From contig CAVVMW010000005.1 of assembly GCA_963749495.1 (NCBI GenBank), forward strand, positions 352,001 through 416,000: DNA of 64,000 bases. Direction: 5' to 3'. A program made the translations under genes and the position numbers. Below are positions 51,383 to 62,384 of this stretch, in pieces. The stretch's first letter is position 1. Each line of letters begins with the position of its first letter. This DNA is from an uncultured bacterium. GTDB lineage: Bacteria; Verrucomicrobiota; Verrucomicrobiia; Limisphaerales; UBA8199. The notes below the pieces were generated by a model. It had not been told where the DNA came from and searched no databases. It saw only the letters and a program-made list of their open reading frames with translations.

Positions 51383-52981
51383 TCAGGGCGCCCGCTGCGG
51401 CTGGGCCGCGCCGGCCTCATCCGTGGCGCGCTCCCCGGCGCCAGAGGCCGGGCTCCCCTTGCCCGGCAAGCGGCGCTGCCGCAGACGAATTGCTCCCCTG
51501 GCTGAATCGATCACCCCTGTGCGCGCATGCGCGAACGCCAGGATCAGGGCCATGTAACTCCCACAGGTGCCACTTACGTAGGTGATTCCCTCAACGATGT
51601 TAACTTTGCACAAGTTGACCCCGGTTGTCGCACTATAGGCGATCATACCGGCAAACACAGTGGCGTGAATGCGTCCTTCGGCGCGCACGTCGGGCTCGGT
51701 GCTCCTTGCGCACTGGAATGCCCACGCGAGCAGGGAGAGATGGAGCGCCACGAGGAAAAAGAGCGGCATCCAACCCAGTTGCAGGGCGAGATCAAGATAG
51801 AGATTCTCGGGGTCTTCCTCGCCCGTCGCGGCGAAGCCTCCCACGGGCCGTCTGGCTATTTCCGCACCGAGTCGCGTCTGAAGCTCCTGCCGCTGCTCAT
51901 CGCCCTCTTCCAGATATGCCGGGTGGCCGAGGAAATATCCGACGAGGTCCGTGTCGGTGAAGCGCGCCTTCCACTTCTCGCTGACTTCGCCTGGCACAAA
52001 ACGCACCCCAATGACCCCACAGACGGCCATAGCGCAAAAGAGACCAATAAGCCATCTCTGTCTTCGGAGCCAGAAAGCTATCATCACCGTCTGTAAGAAC
52101 ATGAGGACGGGCGTCGCGCGGGATCGAGAACTGAGCGCGACAATCCAGCAAAAGCAAACCAGCCCGCAAATGACCCATCGGATGCCGGGATACCGCCGCC
52201 CGGCGAACCAAAAGGCCAACGGATAGACAAGGACGAGGATAAAGCCGACATGGTTGGCGCCGCCAAGGCTCATGAACCATCCACGCCGAAATTCGTCGAA
52301 GTAGCTTACCATGCCGTAATTGGCAAGCTGGTTCATCATCCCTGCGCCGAAGCTCACTACCAAACTTATGAAGATTGCGTAGATAAACCCATCATAATCC
52401 CGGTAGGTTTCCAGCCACGAAACGGTGAACGCATAGAGCAGCAGGCACTCTACCGGTCCGGCGACGAGGATCGCCAGCGTGGTGGCGCTTTGGTTCCCCT
52501 CCCCTGGTGGGGCGAGCAGGGCCAAAAGGCTGCTCGCGCACATCAGAGAGAGCAGGAGGGTGATTCTCCCACTCTCGTACCGAGGGCCCCCTTGCGGCGC
52601 CTCGCCACGAGGTTTGCGCAGAAACCACACGAGACAAACGGCCCACAGCCAGAGCGAGGGGAACGTGGCCGGGTAGGGACCAATGTGCACCGAGAAGTCT
52701 TTCCAGACGGCCTTTACGACAGGCAAAACAATGAGGAAGGAGAGAAAAACCCAACGGATGTCCCTGAGTGTCATCACAGCGCTGCCAAGAAGCGACGCCC
52801 CCAAAAGCAGCTTGAAACGGCTGGTTCCAGAAAAAAAGGGCAGGAACCACAGGAACAAGAAAACAGCGGCAATGAGCGAGAGGGACCGCAGGAATGTCTT
52901 GTACGCCTGCTGGCCGGACGTGTCTCTCTCCTGGCTGTCCCGCACTGCAGCAGAGGCAGTGAGCTGTTGTTGGCGTGTCAT
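51383..52981 (-). CDS. Wzy polymerase / O-antigen ligase-like membrane protein
   Basis: About 12 hydrophobic segments, GGAN, SRSR, ENLYLDLALQLG. Confidence 0.72.
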   Translation of the reverse strand: MTRQQQLTASAAVRDSQERDTSGQQAYKTFLRSLSLIAAVFLFLWFLPFFSGTSRFKLLLGASLLGSAVMTLRDIRWVFLSFLIVLPVVKAVWKDFSVHIGPYPATFPSLWLWAVCLVWFLRKPRGEAPQGGPRYESGRITLLLSLMCASSLLALLAPPGEGNQSATTLAILVAGPVECLLLYAFTVSWLETYRDYDGFIYAIFISLVVSFGAGMMNQLANYGMVSYFDEFRRGWFMSLGGANHVGFILVLVYPLAFWFAGRRYPGIRWVICGLVCFCWIVALSSRSRATPVLMFLQTVMIAFWLRRQRWLIGLFCAMAVCGVIGVRFVPGEVSEKWKARFTDTDLVGYFLGHPAYLEEGDEQRQELQTRLGAEIARRPVGGFAATGEEDPENLYLDLALQLGWMPLFFLVALHLSLLAWAFQCARSTEPDVRAEGRIHATVFAGMIAYSATTGVNLCKVNIVEGITYVSGTCGSYMALILAFAHARTGVIDSARGAIRLRQRRLPGKGSPASGAGERATDEAGAAQPQRAP

Positions 52982-53187
52982 TGGCTGCGGTTTCTCTCCG
53001 TGGACGCCTGCCCCCGTTTGCCGGCCAGGCAGGCCCTCGTGGCTTCGGTCACAAGGTGCGATAGATTTCGCCCAAGCGCTCTCCTTGGCGGGAGGCATTG
53101 AATTCCTCCTCGATGCGCCGGCGCGCCGCGCAGGTATCTCTCGTCTGTGCTTGGCTCCGCGGGTTCATCGAGGTTACGCGGTGATTT

Positions 53188-53847
53188 TCATTTTTGCACG
53201 CAGACGTGGAAACTCATCATGCCGTCGGGACCTTCATCCTCCGAGATTGTTTTCATTCCTACGCCTAAGAGGAACCCACGCACTGTTTTAAGATCCGGAA
53301 TCCATTTGTGACCGTCCCCAATGCCCGGCGCACCCGGCCGCCATACTCCGCATTCCGGATGAGGCAAATAAAGAAACAGAACTGCGCCTTTTTTCAAAAG
53401 TCCAATCCATTTCGTCAGTTCTCTTTGCCAATCCGCGATGTGCTCAAGACAATGCGAAGAGAAAATATAATCGAGGGAATCGCCAGGAAAATCATCCAGG
53501 CTCGTTTTCATTCCTTCTCCGCGTAAGCTGTCCACCGGAATGGAGCCGGGAAACTCCCAGAAGCCAGCTCCCACGTCAATGCCTCGGCCGCTGAGGTATT
53601 TCCTCGCGACGTGGAAAATCGCGCAGCCCGCGCCCCCCATAAAAAGATAATCCGGATATATTTTGCCTTGGTATGCCCATCCGCCGGGAAAACGTTTCAT
53701 CTCCGGGCAGGCGGCAAAAAAACGATACATGGAAAAATATGTAGGCGCGTCCTGTAGTCGTTCCAGGGGCGTGCGAAATCTATCGCACATTCTTCTTGCG
53801 ATGGCCCTAATTTTGTTTCGCATGGAATTTAGCAGTTTTTCAAGCAT
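53188..53847 (-). CDS. Class I SAM methyltransferase (type 11)
   Basis: GIDVGAG, DYIFSSHCLEH, LKKG.VLFLYLP. Confidence 0.82.
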   Translation of the reverse strand: MLEKLLNSMRNKIRAIARRMCDRFRTPLERLQDAPTYFSMYRFFAACPEMKRFPGGWAYQGKIYPDYLFMGGAGCAIFHVARKYLSGRGIDVGAGFWEFPGSIPVDSLRGEGMKTSLDDFPGDSLDYIFSSHCLEHIADWQRELTKWIGLLKKGAVLFLYLPHPECGVWRPGAPGIGDGHKWIPDLKTVRGFLLGVGMKTISEDEGPDGMMSFHVCVQK

Positions 53848-54692
53848 TAGTCCGGGTTATCGACATTGCTCGGGTTCTGATGCAAACGCAAAGCGCTGTG
53901 CTTTATGAGCTCGGAGGCTTTTTCGTAATCTGGGGCCAGGAGGGAGGGCCGTTCAGATCGCCAGGACACTTTCGAAAAAAGCCGAGACAGCTTGGATGCT
54001 CGCCGCCATCTCATCAGGTTGTCTGTGGCAGGGCAAAAGGCATGCCAATGGCCTTGCAGGTGTCGGTAGCGAAGCCCGAAGGACGCCGCCAGCCCTTGCA
54101 GAGCCGGAACGGTATAAAAGGCTACATGCTGGCCATGATCCAGACCAAAGTACCACCAATCCTCTGGACATGGTTGCGGTGCCGGCACTAGTTCAGTCGT
54201 GAATAATATGGTCCTGCTCATCTCCAGCATATCGCGCACGGTTTCGCGTGGCTCCGTCAGGTGCTCGAGTACCTCAACAGCAGTCAAAGCCCGATATATA
54301 CCGTGGCAACTTTTCGGGGCCTCGGAGAACTTGGTAAACAAATTCTCACAATGGGGATCTGACCAGTGAAATCTGAAACCGCGGTCCCGCATCAAACGGA
54401 CAAGCATTCCGTACCGTTCCCCGTAATCAATGAAGAGATCATCTTGCGTGGATATCTTCTCAAGGAGCGACGCCAGAAATGTCGAAGGGGAGATATTCCT
54501 GCTGACATAGCCAACATCCGTGGGGTTGATCGCGCAGGCACAGGCTTGCTGGAGCCAGAACACATGTTCGAAGAAGAGGAACCCACACTTGCAGCATTCG
54601 TATACACCGGTCTTATGCTTTTGCCTCACGATCGCCTCGGCGTATCGCCTTGCGGGACTGTGGCAGATTTTACATCTAGGGCTCGCATTCAT
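53847..54692 (-). CDS. Class I SAM methyltransferase with N-terminal CxxC pairs
   Basis: CKIC, C.KCG, EVLEHL.EP, WWY..GQH..FY; SAM motif altered (DYGERYG). Confidence 0.78.
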   Translation of the reverse strand: MNASPRCKICHSPARRYAEAIVRQKHKTGVYECCKCGFLFFEHVFWLQQACACAINPTDVGYVSRNISPSTFLASLLEKISTQDDLFIDYGERYGMLVRLMRDRGFRFHWSDPHCENLFTKFSEAPKSCHGIYRALTAVEVLEHLTEPRETVRDMLEMSRTILFTTELVPAPQPCPEDWWYFGLDHGQHVAFYTVPALQGLAASFGLRYRHLQGHWHAFCPATDNLMRWRRASKLSRLFSKVSWRSERPSLLAPDYEKASELIKHSALRLHQNPSNVDNPD

Positions 54693-54769
54693 GTCCGCGT
54701 ACTAGCACGCTTGGAGGAGCATTGCGCGGGGTTGTGCAGCTACGCGACGCCCAGTAAACTGGCTTTGGG

Positions 54770-55927
54770 CTATAGACGCTCGAGGAGAGCTGCAGCCACC
54801 TGCTCGACAGGAAGATCGGCGATGCATTGATTCGTGGGCCTCGTGCAAAACCAATCACAATGAAAACAGTCAAGACGCTTGGTGAGCCACACCTGCTTTT
54901 CGGATCGATGCCAGGGGGCGAAATTCCCGTAGTGGCCTCCGCCCAGAAGGATGACGGCCGGCATGTCCAGGGCCGTCGCAATATGTGCCGGAGCCGTCTC
55001 CATGCTCAAAAGAACCTTGGCACCAGCAATCAGCTTCACGAGGTCGTCCAGCGTCGGGGTGGAGGCTGCCGCGGTGTCCGGGATGCCAGCCTGGCGGAGC
55101 TTGGCTCCCAGGGCCAAGCCTCGATCCACACAAGTCGGCCCGCAGCAAAGCCGAACGGCGCATGGCCGGCGGCGATGCACCTCGCAGAGGGCCTGAATGA
55201 GGAGAGCCTCAGGGTAATCCCTGAGGACGCTGGTGCTGTAGGGGCAAACTAAGATGTACGGCGGCTGCTTGCTTGCATTGCAGCAGATTATAGGAATCAC
55301 TTGCTGCGGCATGACCCTCCGCTTCAGGGCGGCCTCTAGCACGAGGCGATGGGCCTCCAGGTCAAGGCAAAGGCCCTCCGGGGCTTTTGTCGGGTAGCAC
55401 CGCTCTTCATCGAATGCGAATTCAGTCCGTTGATGGTGGTAGTAAGCAGGATGGTTGACCAGCCCATGACGCGATCGGGCCTTGATCCAGTAGAGCAGCT
55501 GATTTTGCAGGCTGGTGCGTTGATGCCGTAGGCAGGCCAAATGCTCAAACCGGTACACCCCCAGCTCAAGCCAGTGGCCAAAGCACTCGCGCAGGCCCTG
55601 CGGCGTCCCTTTCACGTTAAAGGGAGGCACCACGACGTGGTGAGCATCAGGGAACTCCCGGCGGGCAAGTTCCTGGGCAAGCGGCGACACGACAAGAACC
55701 GTGTTTGCCTGCCCGAATTCATTTGTCAGCAACCGTACCGCGCCCGCGGCAAGTGCGAAATCTCCTATTCGATCCGCTTTGTAGATGCAGAGGCCAAAAT
55801 CACGGCGACGGAACCGCCGCGCAGGCCGGCTCAGGAGCTTAAGCCCCCAGCGGCCAAGAGGGTCGAAGCGAAGGAACGCAAATTGTTGCCGAAAATCCCG
55901 CATGTGCAATCGTAGAGACTCTTTCAT
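54770..55927 (-). CDS. GT9 (heptosyltransferase-like) glycosyltransferase
   Basis: DRIGDF, ETAPAHIA.AL..P.V.LLGG. Confidence 0.82.
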   Translation of the reverse strand: MKESLRLHMRDFRQQFAFLRFDPLGRWGLKLLSRPARRFRRRDFGLCIYKADRIGDFALAAGAVRLLTNEFGQANTVLVVSPLAQELARREFPDAHHVVVPPFNVKGTPQGLRECFGHWLELGVYRFEHLACLRHQRTSLQNQLLYWIKARSRHGLVNHPAYYHHQRTEFAFDEERCYPTKAPEGLCLDLEAHRLVLEAALKRRVMPQQVIPIICCNASKQPPYILVCPYSTSVLRDYPEALLIQALCEVHRRRPCAVRLCCGPTCVDRGLALGAKLRQAGIPDTAAASTPTLDDLVKLIAGAKVLLSMETAPAHIATALDMPAVILLGGGHYGNFAPWHRSEKQVWLTKRLDCFHCDWFCTRPTNQCIADLPVEQVAAALLERL

Positions 55928-55932
55928 CGGAC

Positions 55933-56952
55933 CTACGCGATGTCGCTCTTTGGTGCCCCCGGTCCAGATTCACGATTCGGCGAACTCGGACGCCCGCGGC
56001 GTTTTGCGATGACCCGTTGCATGAGAAGGCGGACGAAGAGGGTGCTCGGGATGCCGAGCCTCCTCAAAATCCGCAGCGATACGCAAGGCGGCGAGTTGAC
56101 CTTAAAAAACGCCCTGAAAAGCTCCCACTTCCGTTGGTCAATCGAGGGGTGTTCGGGAAAGTTCTCCATAAGCATGTCCGGATCCCAATCCCTCGTCTCC
56201 ATCCAGTGCCCACCCGAGGTCGTGTGAGTGGCTGTCTTGCCGAAGCCGATGTTTTTGACGAGCGTCCTGTTTGGGCAGAGCGTAAGCCCGCCCTTTTGGA
56301 ACACGCTCCAGCGCCAGCGGACGGCCCACGAGTCAATGGAGCCTGCCATTTGTGCCTCGAGCATACGGTAGATCCCAAAAGAATCATCAAGATCGAACCG
56401 GCTCCGCAGGGTGGGGTCGGTTTTCAGTATTTCCCAACCTTTGCAGTCCGGGTCGAACGCGTCCCACGCCCGTTTCCACGTGGCCCACCCCCAACTTGAC
56501 ACGCTGGGGATGAAAAAGGAGCATTGGGCGGAACCCAACATCGGAATCGAAAACATGTGCGCTGCGATTTGCATGACGCTGGGAGCATCCTCGTAACGGG
56601 CGAGTGCCTCGTTCATGTAAGCAAGAAAGCCCCGCGCGGTGAGCAGATCGTCCTCAAGAACGATCACGCGGCCATGTGAGCGCACTAGCTGGCCCACCCC
56701 CTCGATGATGGATCCGGCCAAGCCGAGACTCTCGCTGCGTTCGACGATCGTCGTGCGAGGGCACCAGGCTCGGCTGCGTACGGCTTCCCGGGTCGCCTGG
56801 ACGGCCTGCGCGTCGCGAGGCAAGCGCGCAGCGTCGCAGAACACGAATAACTCGCTCTCCTCGATTCCGGGATTCCTGGAGAGGTGCTCCAGCGTTTGGC
56901 GGGTCTCCTCGGGTCTTTTAAAAACGAAAAGCGCAATGGGTGCGCGCGACAT
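55933..56952 (-). CDS. GT-A fold glycosyltransferase
   Basis: APIALFVFKRP, GLA.SI..GV, IVLEDD, WGWATW, IDSWA. Confidence 0.85.
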   Translation of the reverse strand: MSRAPIALFVFKRPEETRQTLEHLSRNPGIEESELFVFCDAARLPRDAQAVQATREAVRSRAWCPRTTIVERSESLGLAGSIIEGVGQLVRSHGRVIVLEDDLLTARGFLAYMNEALARYEDAPSVMQIAAHMFSIPMLGSAQCSFFIPSVSSWGWATWKRAWDAFDPDCKGWEILKTDPTLRSRFDLDDSFGIYRMLEAQMAGSIDSWAVRWRWSVFQKGGLTLCPNRTLVKNIGFGKTATHTTSGGHWMETRDWDPDMLMENFPEHPSIDQRKWELFRAFFKVNSPPCVSLRILRRLGIPSTLFVRLLMQRVIAKRRGRPSSPNRESGPGAPKSDIA

Positions 56953-57045
56953 GCTGATAGGCATAAAATGGCCCCACGAAAGCCGGACCGGCTGACCTCG
57001 TTTGACCCCCGTTTGGCGCGATCACGGCGAACGTAATGCGGGGTT

Positions 57046-57486
57046 TCATTGCCGGGCCACCCTCGGCGGACGGACACCCCCGCCCAAGCGATCCAGCACC
57101 CGCGCGCGCGCCTGGGCAAATGCGAAGAGCATTGCCATGTAGTTTGCAGGAGCAGCGCCCACGTATACGGTGTCGTGCATGGTGTCCACCTTGCATAAAT
57201 TCACTCCGGTTGTCGCGCCGTAGAGGACCATGCCCGCGAACATGATCGCGTATATGGGCGCTTCGGTCCGCGCGTCCGGCTGCGGTCTCCTAGCGTGCTG
57301 GATAGCCCACCCAAGCAGCTTGAGACGGTTGGTTGCCTCCCCAATGGGCAGGAAGACCAGCAAAAAGGGCACAGCGGCAATGACTGTGAGCACCCGCAAG
57401 AACGCCTTGTACTCCTGCTGGCCGGACGTGTCTCTGCCCGCACTGTCCTGCGGTGGCGCAGGGGCAGTGAGTTGCTGTTGGCGCAT
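57046..57486 (-). pseudogene. Internally deleted duplicate of the wzy-like gene
   Basis: N-terminus (RQQQLTA..DTSGQQ.YK.FLR) joined near 57310 to the C-terminus (WA.Q.AR...TTGVNLCKV) of 51383-52981. Confidence 0.85.
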
Positions 57487-57556
57487 CCTTGGCAATCGGT
57501 TCGCTCCGCCGGAACTTGCCGCCATTCGCGAGGGGCGGAGGTCCGTTCTGTTCGGG

Positions 57557-58711
57557 TCAGAGGGCGCGATAGATTTCGGCAAGGCGCTGTCCTTGGCGGG
57601 CTGCATTGAACTCCACTTCGATGCGCTGGCGCGCCGCGCAGGCCATCGCCTCCCACCTCCCGGGATGGGCGATGAGCCATCTCAAGCGCTCCACAAGGCC
57701 CTCCACGTCATGTTCCTCGGCGAGCAACCCGCCGGCCCCATCCTCCAGCACGTGAGGAATGTCGCAATGACGCGTGCTCACGACGGCCATCCCGCTGGCG
57801 GCCATTTCAATCAGTGTCATTGGCGCGCCCCCCTCCGTATCCCCGTGCGCTGCCGTGACGCTGGGAGAAAGGAACACGGCATGCCGCGCCGCTTCCTCCA
57901 GGAGAGTGCGATAAGGCTGGTAGCCCAGCAAACGCACCTGTTTGGCCAACCCCCCTTCGCCAATGGCGGCCAGGATGCGCTCCTTCTCGGCCAGGCTGGC
58001 GGGAACCCCGGTGGCATCCCCGATAATCGTCACCTCGAGCTCTGTGTCGCGCGCGACCCGGGCGAGCGCCCGCAGCGCATCTGGAAACCCCTTCTTGGCT
58101 GTAAAGGAGCCGGCCAGCAACACCCGCAGCGGTGAGCCCGGGCGCCATTGGCGGGGTCGAAAGGGGATCCTTTGGACCTCGACGCCAAGGTGGTGAACTT
58201 GAATTTTGGCCGGCGCGCAGCCAAGCGCGGCGATACATTTTCCCATGTGAGGGCCTTCACAAAGGACCTTGTCCACTTGCCGGAACAGCTCGGCGTAACG
58301 CTCGCGCCAGACTGGCTCCTGGCGTGGAAGGTACCCGACGTCAAAACCATAGAAGGTCACGACATGTTTCAGACCTAGACGGCGCGCTGTCCGCAGGCCA
58401 TGCCAGCCGAGATGTCCGAAATGGGAGTGCAGGACGTCAGCCCTCCAGTCGCGCGCGCATCGCCCCATAAACGCCCGGCGCTGACCCAGGCGCCTCAAAA
58501 CGCTGTCGGCGCGCCGGCGCAGCCAGGACTGGTCGCGGGCGCTGTGGATGTTCGGCACTTGAAACTGATCCAGGTGGCATGTGTCCGTGCAGACAATGTG
58601 GCTCTCGATGTCCGCCGGCAAATTGGCCACCTGATGGTAGAGCCATGTCTGCGTCTGAGGCAGCCACGTCTCGACATTGTGCAGGACACGCAATGGGCGG
58701 GGGCTGCTCAC
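57557..58711 (-). CDS. GT4 glycosyltransferase (WcaL-like)
   Basis: HSHFG, TFYGFD, KKG, PSVTA..GDTEGG.P..LIE, TRH.DIP. Confidence 0.88.
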   Translation of the reverse strand: MSSPRPLRVLHNVETWLPQTQTWLYHQVANLPADIESHIVCTDTCHLDQFQVPNIHSARDQSWLRRRADSVLRRLGQRRAFMGRCARDWRADVLHSHFGHLGWHGLRTARRLGLKHVVTFYGFDVGYLPRQEPVWRERYAELFRQVDKVLCEGPHMGKCIAALGCAPAKIQVHHLGVEVQRIPFRPRQWRPGSPLRVLLAGSFTAKKGFPDALRALARVARDTELEVTIIGDATGVPASLAEKERILAAIGEGGLAKQVRLLGYQPYRTLLEEAARHAVFLSPSVTAAHGDTEGGAPMTLIEMAASGMAVVSTRHCDIPHVLEDGAGGLLAEEHDVEGLVERLRWLIAHPGRWEAMACAARQRIEVEFNAARQGQRLAEIYRAL

Positions 58712-60215
58712 GGCTTTGCCCGAACCAAGTTGGTGAACGCACGCACGCCGGCGCGGTTCAAAATCAGGCTGGCGCCGACATACAGGACCGCGCCAACTCC
58801 CACCAGCGCGGCAAGACCCGGGATCCGTCCCAATTGGGACTGGCAGGGATTCGCCAGACAGTAAACCACTATCGCCATGAAGAGGCCGCAGGCGTATGGC
58901 CGCCAGAGGGCAAGGGCCATAGTGCGGAATCGCAGATGGATCAACCTGAATGAAAAGAAATAATCAATCGGCGTGGCAATGGCGTCAGCCAGGGCATAGA
59001 GGATGACCACGCCCAGCGTCCCCCAGTGCAGTCCCGTGACGATGGCGGCAATGTAGATGAGGCTGTTGAGAGTCCCCACGCGAAACATGAGGTCCGTTCT
59101 TCCTTTGGAGGTGTAAATCTGGCCGGTGGTGCCGGCAACGGCTTGGTTCAGGCCGACCATGGACAGGATCATGAGCATGTGCACGATGGGCTCCCACTTG
59201 GGCGACAGGACACACAGCACGAACGGACGGGCCAAGGCGCACAAGCCGAAGAGGATGGGCTCGTCAGCAATGCGATGGCGCCGACCACTTTGAGGTAGGT
59301 GCGCAAGAAGGTCTCGTCGTCATCCTGCAGCTTGGACAAAGTGGAAAAAAGAACCCGCCCAATTAGCCCGTTGATCAACTGGCCCGGATACTGCATCAGC
59401 CGGTAGGCCATGCCGTAGTAGCCCAGGCTGGCGGAGCCGAGGTACCGGCCGATGAGGGCGCTGTCCGTTCGGCGCGCCCAATAATTAAAGATACTGTAGG
59501 CGGCCAGGTTGAAGCTGTATCTGCTGAGCGAGCGAACATCGGCCCAGGCAAAGGCAAAGCTCGGTCTCCACTCAGCCGCTCGCCACAGAAGCACGACCAT
59601 GCAGACACAGGACGCATACTGCTGGAGGACGAGGCTCCACACCCCCCATCCGTTCAAGGCGGCGGCAATGGCCGTCAGGTAACTGATCCCGGCCGCCAAC
59701 ACCTCGAACTGCGAGATGCGCGAGAAAACCATATCGCGCTGCAACAACGACTGTTGAACAATGCTGAAGCTCGAGACGATGAAACTGGGCGCCAAGCCAC
59801 ATAGCAACACCGCCACGCGCGGTTCTTTGAAAAACAGCGCCATTAGGGGCGAGATGGCGGCGATCAACAGGGCTATGAGCATCCCCATCGCGACATTCAT
59901 CCAGAAAACACTGGAGATCAGTCGATGCGTTAAGTCTTTGCGCTGGACGAGCGCCGAGGCGGTCCCGAGATCCCGGAAGATTGCCGCAAACCCCGTCACT
60001 ACGACCACCATGGCCATGAGCCCGTAATCGGCCGGCGCGAGCACCCGGGCCAGGATGGCGGTGGATAGGAAGCCCATGCCTTGCTGGGCAAACTGGGAAA
60101 CCGCGGTCCAACGAACCCCTGTCAACGCTTTCTGGCGAAGGCTAACTCTGGCCCCGGCAGGCCGCCAATCGGGCGGTGTTTCCGGCACGAGGGCGGTGTC
60201 AAGGGGTCTGTTCAT
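58708..60215 (-). CDS. wzx: Wzx flippase (WzxC-like), frameshift near 59255
   Basis: GVRWT, ILAR.L.P.DYG, DLG..ALVQ, GVWSLV, IGRYLG...LGYY. Confidence 0.88.
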
Positions 60216-60281
60216 GCATGATTCGGCGCGGTTCACCTGCGGCGGCAAGTTTCCAGCCAGTAACGAGTGCCTTGCAAAGGG

Positions 60282-61043
60282 TCAGGTTGCGGCTGGCAAA
60301 GCCGTGTTTCCCGCGGCTTTGCGCCCGGCCATTACCGAATTCTCCTCCCCGGCATCGTAATAGGTGCAGGCAACCTCAATCAGCGGAATACTTGCGAAGA
60401 ATGATGCGTAGGCTCTGCGTGAGCGGAACCGCCAATTCGGGCCATCGGGCTTGTCCTGGGTGTTTTCAACCAAGAACAACAGCCCCCCAGGGCGAAGGAC
60501 CCGTTGGATCTCCCGAATGCTGGCGAGCAACACGCCATCCTTCAAGCCTCCCAGCACGAGGCAGCACCAAACCACATCGACGCTGGTATCTTCAAGGGGG
60601 ATCACGCCTTCGGTCATCGTGCGGTAGGTAACCCCCGGCCCTGGCGGCGCGAGATTGAGCAGAGCTTCAATCGGATCCGAACCGATGCATTCCCCGATGA
60701 TCGCCGCCAGGTCTGGCGTGAAACGGCCGGGCCCACAGCCGAAGTCGAGGACCCTCCGCTCATTCCCCTTCAGCCTGCTTTTGAGGTGAGGGTAGAGGAT
60801 CGCTTTCTGGCAATTCGTAACCGCGTCAAATTCGTTTTCAGAATGCGCCAGGTTCAACACCGATCTCCTGCCATGCTGCCCTGCGCGCTGCTCCCAATAC
60901 GCTTTGTCAGGCATGGGCGGGTGACGACAGCTTTTCGGGCTCAAGAGTCTTCGCGCCACCTGGCGCATTCGGCTGGCCAAGCGGGCAGCCGAGCTTGGCG
61001 TCGCCGTTTGTGCTTCTGCCGTGTCCTGGTTGTGATCTTCCAT
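60282..61043 (-). CDS. Class I SAM methyltransferase
   Basis: YWEQRA, VLDFGCGPG, RVLRPGG. Confidence 0.85.
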   Translation of the reverse strand: MEDHNQDTAEAQTATPSSAARLASRMRQVARRLLSPKSCRHPPMPDKAYWEQRAGQHGRRSVLNLAHSENEFDAVTNCQKAILYPHLKSRLKGNERRVLDFGCGPGRFTPDLAAIIGECIGSDPIEALLNLAPPGPGVTYRTMTEGVIPLEDTSVDVVWCCLVLGGLKDGVLLASIREIQRVLRPGGLLFLVENTQDKPDGPNWRFRSRRAYASFFASIPLIEVACTYYDAGEENSVMAGRKAAGNTALPAAT

Positions 61044-61266
61044 AAACGTTGGCTGGGGGACGCTGCTTGGGCCGCCCACTCGGCGCCCAGCGAACTGCGA
61101 GCAGCGCGGACGACCTCCTGACCGCCTCCATCTGCGAGCTTGGCCGGGATCGGCAAGCTGACCCTCTGCAGGCCAACCCCCGTGGCCTCAGAGTCGTCTT
61201 CGGCCGCCCAGCCGAGGTTGGCCGCGTAATGGGGATCCTCCGGGGCTCGTCACCCCGCGTTGGACT

Positions 61267-62358
61267 TCACGGCCCGGCGGCCGCGGCATCCGCCAGGTTC
61301 GCCATGACCGCCGCGACGCGTTCCCCGGCCTTTCCGTCCCAAAGCGGCACATCCTCGCTCTGCTTTCTCTTGCCCTTTAGGATAAGCCAGGCCTCGCTCT
61401 TAAGCTTTTCCAGGTCTTCCCCGACCACGGTGTTGGTGCCGAGCTCGCACGTGATCGGCCGCTCGGTGTTCCGCCGCAGCGTCAGGCAGGGCACGTTCAG
61501 CCAGGTTGCCTTTTCCTGGACGCCCCCCGAATCGGTGATAACCATCGTCGCGTGCTTTTGCAGCCACAGGAACTCGAGGTAGCCCTGGGGTTGGGCGAGG
61601 TAAAGCCCGGGAGTTGGCGCCGCCAGGCCCAGGGCCTCCAGTCTCTGCCGGGTCCGCGGGTGGATTGGAAAGACTGTGGGAATCGCCAGGCTCAACTCCC
61701 GCAGCGTGCGAGCTATGCACCGCAGGCGCTCGGGTTGGTCCACGTTCGAGGGGCGGTGCAGCGTCACCAGGGCGAAACGCCCGTCGATGCCCTCGATTTC
61801 CGGCCTCCGGGCATGGCCGACGAGCCGGACCAGCGTGTCAATCATGCAATTGCCCACCAGGTGGATCTTCTCCCCTCCGATCCCTTCCCGCAACAGGTTC
61901 GCGTTGCCATCCGCCGACGGCGTGAACAGCAAATCCGAGATCTGGTCCGTCAGCACCCTGTTGATTTCCTCGGGCATCGTCCGGTCCCGCGAACGCAGAC
62001 CGGCCTCGACGTGCGCTACCCTGACACCCATCTTGGCCGCGACGAGCGCGCAGGCCACCGTCGAGTTCACGTCCCCATACACTATCAACCAGTCCGGCTT
62101 GTGTTCGCCCAAGACCCTCTCGAAACGCACCATGATCTCTGCCGTCTGGACCGCGTGCGAGCCGGAGCCGACCCCCAGGTTCGCGTCGGGTTCCGGCATC
62201 CCAAGCTGGCGGAAGAAAACCTCCGACATCCGCTCATCGTAATGCTGCCCCGTGTGGACCAGCACCTGCCCAATCCGCGGGTGCTTGCGCAGCGCGAGCA
62301 CCACCGGCGCGGCCTTCATGAAATTGGGCCGCGCGCCGACGACACTGATGATTTTCAT
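61267..62358 (-). CDS. wecB: UDP-N-acetylglucosamine 2-epimerase
   Basis: VGARPNFMK, HTGQHYD, GDVNST, HVEAGLRS, PEEINR, TDSGG. Confidence 0.95.
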   Translation of the reverse strand: MKIISVVGARPNFMKAAPVVLALRKHPRIGQVLVHTGQHYDERMSEVFFRQLGMPEPDANLGVGSGSHAVQTAEIMVRFERVLGEHKPDWLIVYGDVNSTVACALVAAKMGVRVAHVEAGLRSRDRTMPEEINRVLTDQISDLLFTPSADGNANLLREGIGGEKIHLVGNCMIDTLVRLVGHARRPEIEGIDGRFALVTLHRPSNVDQPERLRCIARTLRELSLAIPTVFPIHPRTRQRLEALGLAAPTPGLYLAQPQGYLEFLWLQKHATMVITDSGGVQEKATWLNVPCLTLRRNTERPITCELGTNTVVGEDLEKLKSEAWLILKGKRKQSEDVPLWDGKAGERVAAVMANLADAAAAGP

Positions 62359-62384
62359 GGCAAGGTCCGGGTTGTCCGTTCCGC

